The notes below the pieces were generated by a model. That model did no database searches, was not told the DNA's origin, and saw only the letters and a program-made list of their open reading frames with translations. Source: an uncultured Paludibacter sp. (GTDB taxonomy: Bacteria; Bacteroidota; Bacteroidia; Bacteroidales; Paludibacteraceae). Taken from it: a DNA stretch of 64,000 nt. A program made the translations under genes and the position numbers. This document shows, piece after piece, positions 57,797-64,000 of the stretch (position 1 is its first letter; each line of letters begins with the position of its first letter). The DNA is taken from NCBI GenBank assembly GCA_964405245.1, contig CAYONE010000003.1:8244-72243 (forward strand), given 5' to 3'.

Positions 57797-57865
57797 CGAA
57801 CGGTTTCTTAAAAATCAATTTTTGAATAAATTACAGTTTTTTCAACCCAAATTAAATCAGATATT

Positions 57866-59014
57866 ATGTTTACATATTCATTTCTACAACAATACTGGTG
57901 GTTTATCATTTCACTTTTAGGTGGAATTCTCTCTTTTCTTTTATTTGTTCAGGGTGGGCAATCGATGATTTTTTCTTTATCGAAAGACGAAGATGAACGC
58001 CGACTGCTCGTTAACGTGCTCGGCCGTAAATGGGAATATACATTTACAACACTTGTAACATTTGGCGGCGCATTTTTCGCTTCGTTTCCGTTGTTTTACT
58101 CTACAAGTTTTGGTGGCGCTTACTGGGTGTGGATGGCAATACTTTTTTGCTTTATCATTCAGGCAGTTTCGTACGAGTTTCAGTCGAAACCGGGAAATAT
58201 TTTTGGCAAAACCACTTACAGAGTATTTTTGTTTATTAACGGCTTACTTGGTACAATTCTGCTTGGCGCCGCAATCGCAACATTTTTTACAGGTTCGGAA
58301 TTTATTGTGAACAAAGGCAATATTACCAATGAGTTTTCACCCGTAATTAGCCGCTGGGCTAACGAGTGGCACGGGTTGGAAGCGCTACTATGCCTTCGCA
58401 ACTGGCTACTTGGCTTAGCTGTGTTCTTCCTGTCGCGCACATTGGCATCGCTTTTCTTTGTAAACCGACTGAAAAACGAAAACCTTGAAAAACGTTCGAA
58501 GAAAGCTGTATTAGTAAACGCGATACCATTTTTGGTATTTTTTCTGACATTTGTAATCTGGACTTTACTTGCTGAAGGTTTTGCAGTAAAACCTGAAACC
58601 GGAGAAGTATTTATGGAAAAATACAAATATTTTTTCAACCTGATTGAAATGCCGGCGGTACTCATTTTATTTCTTGTGGGAGTTGTAGGAGTGCTTTGGG
58701 GTATAATTGGCACAATTTTGAAAGATACCTTTAAAAAAGGAATATGGTTCGCCGGAGTTGGCACCATACTAACTGTTTGCAGCTTATTGCTTTTAGCCGG
58801 TTATAACAATACCGCATATTATCCTTCAACTGCCGATTTGCAAAGTTCACTCACAATTTACAACTCATCGTCGAGTGAGTTTACTTTAAAAGCAATGTCG
58901 ATAGTGTCAATACTTATTCCATTTGTGCTGGCATACATTATTTATGCCTGGCGCTCATTGGAGAAAAAACAAACTGATATTGAAGATATCAACAATGATG
59001 GACATGCTTATTGA
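57866..59014 (+). CDS. cydB: Cytochrome bd oxidase subunit II
   Basis: GRKWEYTFTTLVTFGGAFFASFPLFYS, SLTIYNSSSS..TL, PFVLAY; follows cydA. Confidence 0.95.
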   Translation: MFTYSFLQQYWWFIISLLGGILSFLLFVQGGQSMIFSLSKDEDERRLLVNVLGRKWEYTFTTLVTFGGAFFASFPLFYSTSFGGAYWVWMAILFCFIIQAVSYEFQSKPGNIFGKTTYRVFLFINGLLGTILLGAAIATFFTGSEFIVNKGNITNEFSPVISRWANEWHGLEALLCLRNWLLGLAVFFLSRTLASLFFVNRLKNENLEKRSKKAVLVNAIPFLVFFLTFVIWTLLAEGFAVKPETGEVFMEKYKYFFNLIEMPAVLILFLVGVVGVLWGIIGTILKDTFKKGIWFAGVGTILTVCSLLLLAGYNNTAYYPSTADLQSSLTIYNSSSSEFTLKAMSIVSILIPFVLAYIIYAWRSLEKKQTDIEDINNDGHAY

Positions 59015-59030
59015 AAAGTATAATTAACAC

Positions 59031-59083
59031 AAAAAACGACGGTTTTTAAATTTTCGATTGGAATTTAAAAACCGTCGTTTTTT
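59031..59083 (+). terminator. Terminator after cydB
   Basis: aaaaaacgacggtttttaaatt..aatttaaaaaccgtcgtttttt. Confidence 0.85.
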
Positions 59084-59184
59084 TAATAATATTCCGGGAT
59101 TAATTGCGAATAAAAATTATTAATCACTCTCATACAATTTTCATATCTTTGCAGAGTTTTAATAACTAAAAATATTCAGAAAAT

Positions 59185-59916
59185 ATGTCAGGATTTGGGA
59201 AATGGATTGGTGGTGGTTTAGGCTGGGCATTTGGCGGACCAATTGGCGCGGTGATAGGTTTTGCTGTCGGATCTATGTTCGATAAACCGGGTACTGTAAA
59301 TGTAGTAAATAAAAATACAGGACGCACTACTGAAACGGACTTTAAAATGAGTCTGTTGGTAATGATTGCGTGTGTGATGAAAGCAGATGGCGATGTTAAA
59401 AAATCGGAACTTGCAGTCGTAAAACGCTTTCTGATAGCAAATTTTGGGGAAGAAGGCGCTCTCGAAGCTTTACAGATTTTAAAGAAGCTGCTCGAACAGC
59501 CTATTAACGAAAGCGAGGTGGCTTCGCAGATAAATTTATACATGAATTATTCTGCAAAACTGCAATTGGTACGGCTTTTATTTGATGTAGCTTTTGCCGA
59601 TGGCGAGATAAACCACAGCGAACTAATTGTAATTCAGCGCATCAGCAATATATTTGGTATTAGTTCTACTGAATTTGAATCGCTTAAAGCGCCCTACGTT
59701 AAACACGAAGATAAAGATTGGGCGTATAAAGCGCTCGAAATTGAACCCGGGGTTACCGATGATGAAATCAAAAAAGCTTACCGACGCATGGCTATGAAAT
59801 ATCACCCCGATAAAGTTGCAAATCTTGGCGAAGACGTGAAAAAATCTGCTACCGAAAAATTCCGTGCCGTGAACGAAGCTTATGAAAGTTTGAAAAAACA
59901 AAGAGGGTTTAATTAA
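59185..59916 (+). CDS. djlA: DjlA-like co-chaperone (TerB-like domain + C-terminal J domain)
   Basis: GKWIGGGLGWAFGGPIGA, VMKADG, AFADG, KKAYRRMAMKYHPDK; TATCTTTG box at 59144-59151. Confidence 0.85.
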   Translation: MSGFGKWIGGGLGWAFGGPIGAVIGFAVGSMFDKPGTVNVVNKNTGRTTETDFKMSLLVMIACVMKADGDVKKSELAVVKRFLIANFGEEGALEALQILKKLLEQPINESEVASQINLYMNYSAKLQLVRLLFDVAFADGEINHSELIVIQRISNIFGISSTEFESLKAPYVKHEDKDWAYKALEIEPGVTDDEIKKAYRRMAMKYHPDKVANLGEDVKKSATEKFRAVNEAYESLKKQRGFN

Positions 59917-60041
59917 TTGACAATTTACAATTTTAAATTTTTCAATTTAATAGTTCTGCTCTTTTTAATCCACGTCTAACATAAGCAGTTTTTTCAAATT
60001 TCTCGAATAATTATTTTTCAATACTTTTATAATCAATATTT

Positions 60042-60326
60042 ATGAATAATCTTGTAACTATTCGCTCATTTAGCAGTTCAGTTGATTTTGAAATGGTGAA
60101 AGCCTATCTCGAATCGATGGGAATTGAATGTTTTGGAATTGATGAAGTAATAAACCGTTCATACTTAGCTAATGTAAATGGCGGTGTAAAACTTAAAGTA
60201 CGCGAAGATCAGGCCGAAGAAGCGATAAAACTTTTAATTGAAGGCGGCTATTTAAAATCTGAAGATTTTGAGCCAAGTGCGGAAATGAAGTGGATTGAAA
60301 AAGTTTTAAAAAAATTTATTAAGTAG
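60042..60326 (+). CDS. DUF2007-like putative signal-transducing protein
   Basis: LVTIRSF..VKAYLESMGIECF.IDE..GGVKLKV.E...E.A..L. Confidence 0.75.
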   Translation: MNNLVTIRSFSSSVDFEMVKAYLESMGIECFGIDEVINRSYLANVNGGVKLKVREDQAEEAIKLLIEGGYLKSEDFEPSAEMKWIEKVLKKFIK

Positions 60327-60342
60327 TATTATAAGGGAATCG

Positions 60343-61833
60343 ATGGCTCAAAAAATGAAAAAACTGGCGCAGGAAACTGCCATTTACGGAGTGAGCAGCA
60401 TTTTGGGAAAATTTCTCAATTGGTTGCTTGTACCGCTTTACAGTTATACACTGCGCGATTCATCAGAATATGGCGTTGTGGTTAATCTTTACGCGTGGAC
60501 AGCACTTTTACTCGTAATTCTTACTTATGGCATGGAAACAGGATTTTTCCGTTTTGCCAACAAAGGAATCGACAACCCGGAGAAAGTTTATGGTAACACG
60601 CTTATATCGGTAGGAATTACATCGCTGCTGTTTGCTGTTATGAGCTTTGTTTTCGCGCAACCCGCCGCCAATATGCTTGGATATGCTTCGCATCCTGAAT
60701 ACATTATGATGCTTGGTGCAGTTACCGCTATGGATGCTTTCGGAGCTATTCCCTTCGCATACCTTCGCTACCAGAGACGACCATATAAATTTGCCGCACT
60801 CAAACTTTTAATGATATTTACCAATATCATTTTCAACGTTTTATTTCTGGTTATTTGTCCGAAAATTCACAACAGTTCGCCCGAATTAATCAGCTGGTTT
60901 TACAATCCTGATTATGGCGTGGGTTACGTAATAGTGGCAAATGTAATTCAAACAGTTGTGGTTACGCTTGCATTGTTACCCGATGTATTTAAAGCGCGTT
61001 TTGAATTCGATGGCGCACTCTTGAAAAAAATCCTGCAATATTCACTCCCTCTGCTTATTCTCGGTATAGCAGGAATTATGAATCAAACTATCGACAAAAT
61101 TATTTTTCCGTATTTGATGGATGACCCTGTACGGGCAAAAGCAGAACTGGGAATTTATGGAGCATGTTTTAAAATTTCGATGGTAATGATGATGTTTACA
61201 CAAGCGTTTCGGTATGCATACGAACCATTTATTTTTGCTCAACACAAAGACCCCGAAAGCAAAGCTGCTTATGCCGATGCAATGAAAATGTTTGTCATTA
61301 CTTCGTTTCTGATATTTCTCGGCATGGTTTTCTATCTCGATATTTTAAAATATCTTGTCAGAGAAGATTATCGTGTCGGGATAAAAGTAATTCCGATAGT
61401 TTTATTCTCTTACATTTTTCAGGGAGTATTTTTCAACCTTTCGCTTTGGTACAAATTGGTTGATAAAACCTATTACGGAGCAATTTTTTCGGTTATAGGG
61501 GTAGTTATTACGCTTGCCATAAATCTTATTTTTGTACCAAAATTCAGTTATATGGCATCGGCATGGGCATCGTTTGTATGCTTTTTTGTAATGATGCTTA
61601 TTTCCTATTTTATGGGACAGAAACACTTACCAATCCGTTACGACCTGAAAACAATTAGCATTTACACAGCGCTAACAATAATACTTTTTGTTATAAGTTT
61701 ATTTATTAAAACACCCTATTTGTGGTTGAATATCGCGCTTAAAACATTGCTATTAGTGGCATTTCTTATCTTTTTGGTAAAACGCGATTTTCCGCTGAAA
61801 AATATTCCGGTTATAAACAGATATGTAAAATAA
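60343..61833 (+). CDS. Wzx/MATE-like polysaccharide flippase
   Basis: Many TM segments; LAQETAIYGVSSI, TYGMETGFFRF, YSLPL, IDKI, QAFRYAYEPF. Confidence 0.88.
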   Translation: MAQKMKKLAQETAIYGVSSILGKFLNWLLVPLYSYTLRDSSEYGVVVNLYAWTALLLVILTYGMETGFFRFANKGIDNPEKVYGNTLISVGITSLLFAVMSFVFAQPAANMLGYASHPEYIMMLGAVTAMDAFGAIPFAYLRYQRRPYKFAALKLLMIFTNIIFNVLFLVICPKIHNSSPELISWFYNPDYGVGYVIVANVIQTVVVTLALLPDVFKARFEFDGALLKKILQYSLPLLILGIAGIMNQTIDKIIFPYLMDDPVRAKAELGIYGACFKISMVMMMFTQAFRYAYEPFIFAQHKDPESKAAYADAMKMFVITSFLIFLGMVFYLDILKYLVREDYRVGIKVIPIVLFSYIFQGVFFNLSLWYKLVDKTYYGAIFSVIGVVITLAINLIFVPKFSYMASAWASFVCFFVMMLISYFMGQKHLPIRYDLKTISIYTALTIILFVISLFIKTPYLWLNIALKTLLLVAFLIFLVKRDFPLKNIPVINRYVK

Positions 61834-61836
61834 AAA

Positions 61837-62445
61837 ATGAAGACTTTTACCGAAACCTGCAATCAAATTTTTTCTACGTCAATAACTGACTATCATAAAA
61901 CCAATAATATTGATGCTGAAATAAAAAATCCGTACAAACTAAGGAGCATTGAATATTATTTATATCTTAAAAACTGGATTGATACAGTTCAATGGCATTT
62001 GGAAGATATTATTCGTAATCCGGAAATTAATCCATTAGAAGCACTTAGTATAAAACGCCGTATTGACAAATCAAATCAGGAACGCACCGACTTGGTTGAG
62101 TTAATCGACAGTTATTTCATGGAAAATTTCAGTGAAGTAAAACTCGCTACCGATTGCACATTAAATACTGAAAGTCCTGCATGGGCTATCGACCGTCTGA
62201 GCATTCTGCATTTAAAAATTTATCACATGCAGGAAGAAGTAAACCGAACTGATGCAACCGAGGAACATAAAAATATTTGCAAAACGAAGTTGAGTGTTTT
62301 GCTTGAACAGAAAATGGATTTAAGCATTGCTATAGAACAATTACTAAATGATTATAGCTGTGGCGTAAAGGTTATGAAAGTATATAAACAAATGAAAATG
62401 TATAACGACCCTGCGCTAAATCCTGTGCTTTACGGAAAAAATTAA
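61837..62445 (+). CDS. DUF4254 family protein
   Basis: KNWIDTVQWHLEDIIR, IDKSNQERTDLVE, TESPAWAIDRLSIL, KMYNDP. Confidence 0.85.
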   Translation: MKTFTETCNQIFSTSITDYHKTNNIDAEIKNPYKLRSIEYYLYLKNWIDTVQWHLEDIIRNPEINPLEALSIKRRIDKSNQERTDLVELIDSYFMENFSEVKLATDCTLNTESPAWAIDRLSILHLKIYHMQEEVNRTDATEEHKNICKTKLSVLLEQKMDLSIAIEQLLNDYSCGVKVMKVYKQMKMYNDPALNPVLYGKN

Positions 62446-62448
62446 ATA

Positions 62449-63462
62449 ATGAATCGGATAGTTGTAATAAGGTTTTCAGCGCTTGGCGATGTAGTTTTGA
62501 CTATACCGGTCTTAGCATCGTTAATAAAACAATATCCTCAAACAGAACTTATTTTTGTAACCAAAAAAGGGTATGGAAACTTATTTTCTATGTTTGAAGG
62601 AAAAATTCGAATAGTAGAAGCCGACTTTCAGGGAAAAAATAAGGGAATTTTGGGAGTATTCAGACTATTTGCTAAAATTGTTAAGTATAAACCAAACTGT
62701 GTTGCAGATTTACACTCAGTTTTACGAACATGGATTTTAAATTTGCTTTTTATAATTTGGGGAATAAAAACATTCAGGATACAAAAAGGACGAACTGAAA
62801 AAAGAAAACTTGTCCGAAGAAAAAATAAAATTCAAAAGCCCCTGCATTCAACATTAGAAAGATATCAAGATGTTTTTAAACGCTTAGGGCTTGATTTTAA
62901 AATTGACAAAAACTTCAAATTTAAAATCGACAATCCTTTAACATTTGAAGAGATAAAAGGATTTGAAGGAAAAGTAATTGGGATTGCACCTTTCGCAAAG
63001 CATGGGACAAAAACATATCCCATAGAGAAAATGGAAGAAGTTATCCGCTTACTTAGTCAAAAATACTTATTGATTTTGTTCGGCGGAGGAATTAATGAAA
63101 TAAAATTGCTCAAAGAGCTTGAAAATAAATTTGAAAATGTGATTTCGGTTGTGGGAAAATTTTCACTCAATGAAGAATTACAATTAATGAGCAAATTGTC
63201 GGCAATACTTACTATGGACTCTGCAAATATGCATTTAGCTTCGTTAGTTGGAATTCCAGTTGTTTCGGTTTGGGGTGCTACACACAGATTTGCTGGTTTT
63301 GCAGCCTGGAATCAACCTGAAACAAACATGATTGAATTAAATCTGCCTTGCCGTCCGTGTTCGATATATGGAAATAAAGATTGTTGGCGCGGTGATTTGG
63401 CTTGCATGCATGGAATTTCACCAGAAACAATAGTCGCAAAACTGAAAGAATGTGCCCGATGA
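62449..63462 (+). CDS. Glycosyltransferase family 9 (heptosyltransferase-like)
   Basis: VIRFSALGDVV, DLH, APFA.H..K.YP, MDSANMHLASLVG, WGAT, CRPCSIYGNK.C. Confidence 0.92.
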   Translation: MNRIVVIRFSALGDVVLTIPVLASLIKQYPQTELIFVTKKGYGNLFSMFEGKIRIVEADFQGKNKGILGVFRLFAKIVKYKPNCVADLHSVLRTWILNLLFIIWGIKTFRIQKGRTEKRKLVRRKNKIQKPLHSTLERYQDVFKRLGLDFKIDKNFKFKIDNPLTFEEIKGFEGKVIGIAPFAKHGTKTYPIEKMEEVIRLLSQKYLLILFGGGINEIKLLKELENKFENVISVVGKFSLNEELQLMSKLSAILTMDSANMHLASLVGIPVVSVWGATHRFAGFAAWNQPETNMIELNLPCRPCSIYGNKDCWRGDLACMHGISPETIVAKLKECAR

Positions 63463-64000
63463 AAATTGTGATAAATAATTATTACACAAAGCATACAGCA
63501 AAAATTGAAAGCATTCCCGATGTATTTGAAACCTCGGGCACAACCATTTATCATGCACGGAATACATTAAAAAAGTTCTGTTTCGGTAGTTCAGAATTTA
63601 TTGTTAAAAGCTTCCGAAGTCCGCATTTATTAAATCGAATTGCATATACATTTCTCAGAAAATCAAAAGCGCAACGCGCTTACGAATATGCACTGACATT
63701 ACTTTCAAAAAATATTCAGACTCCCTATCCTGTTGCTTTTTTAGAACTGCAAAAAAATGGATTATTTTGTCATTCGTATTTTATAAGCGAATTTATTGAA
63801 GATTATGCACATGTAAGAGAGCAAATGTATGGTCGCAAAATTGAGGATGGTTTTTTGTATGCATTTGTACAGTTTATTAACGAAATGCACATAAAAGGGA
63901 TTTTACACAAGGATTTATCGCCTGGGAATATTTTGTATAAGCAATCAGGGAATACTTTTAAATTTATGGCACTCGATATCAACCGAATGGAATTCCGCGA
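63459..64000 (+). CDS. Lipopolysaccharide kinase (Kdo/WaaP/InaA-like), truncated at the window edge
   Basis: Not in the ORF track. ATGA overlap with the GT9 stop. Translation MKIVINNYY..RNTLK..IVKSF..RKSKAQRAYEYA..TPYPVAF..HIKGILHKDLSPGNIL..LDINRM. Confidence 0.88.
   Translation, partial: MKIVINNYYTKHTAKIESIPDVFETSGTTIYHARNTLKKFCFGSSEFIVKSFRSPHLLNRIAYTFLRKSKAQRAYEYALTLLSKNIQTPYPVAFLELQKNGLFCHSYFISEFIEDYAHVREQMYGRKIEDGFLYAFVQFINEMHIKGILHKDLSPGNILYKQSGNTFKFMALDINRMEFR

Noticed and set aside
4592..63554. Numerous 60-180 aa ORFs overlapping larger genes (e.g. 47562-47966, 52643-53137, 56509-56967, 58216-58767)
   Set aside because: They lie antisense or out of frame within well-supported genes and show no family signatures.

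Overview
A 64-kb, AT-rich chromosomal window from a Bacteroidales bacterium, probably Paludibacter-like. This is inferred from TAnnTTTG promoter boxes, a hybrid two-component system (HTCS), DPP7, T9SS C-terminal domains (CTDs) and DUF4492-cydAB. The left ~41 kb is dominated by at least ten large secreted proteins ending in type IX secretion CTD-like tails, with no SusC/SusD pair. The most striking element is a two-gene minus-strand unit at 1-7422. It pairs a 1506-aa repeated beta-helix protein carrying a symmetric dockerin, a cohesin-like domain and a CTD with a truncated scaffoldin-like protein (two cohesin-like domains, Ig, FN3, 2x CARDB, Calx-beta-like repeats) that the ORF track omits; an HTCS lies directly upstream. 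Further on are a CTD-bearing N-acetylmuramoyl-L-alanine amidase coupled to a CTD-less beta-propeller, a domain-shuffled trio sharing propeller and CBM20/48-like modules, four tandem modular binding-type proteins, and a CTD-bearing endonuclease I. The right ~23 kb is core housekeeping: xth, mlaEF, rplS, typA, tig-clpP-clpX, recQ, cydAB, djlA-like and an LPS locus. One tRNA-Met, one GTAG-type REP, many intrinsic terminators and several short tandem-repeat relics are present. I found no integrase, transposase, reverse transcriptase or CRISPR array. All domain calls are by motif recognition, not database search.
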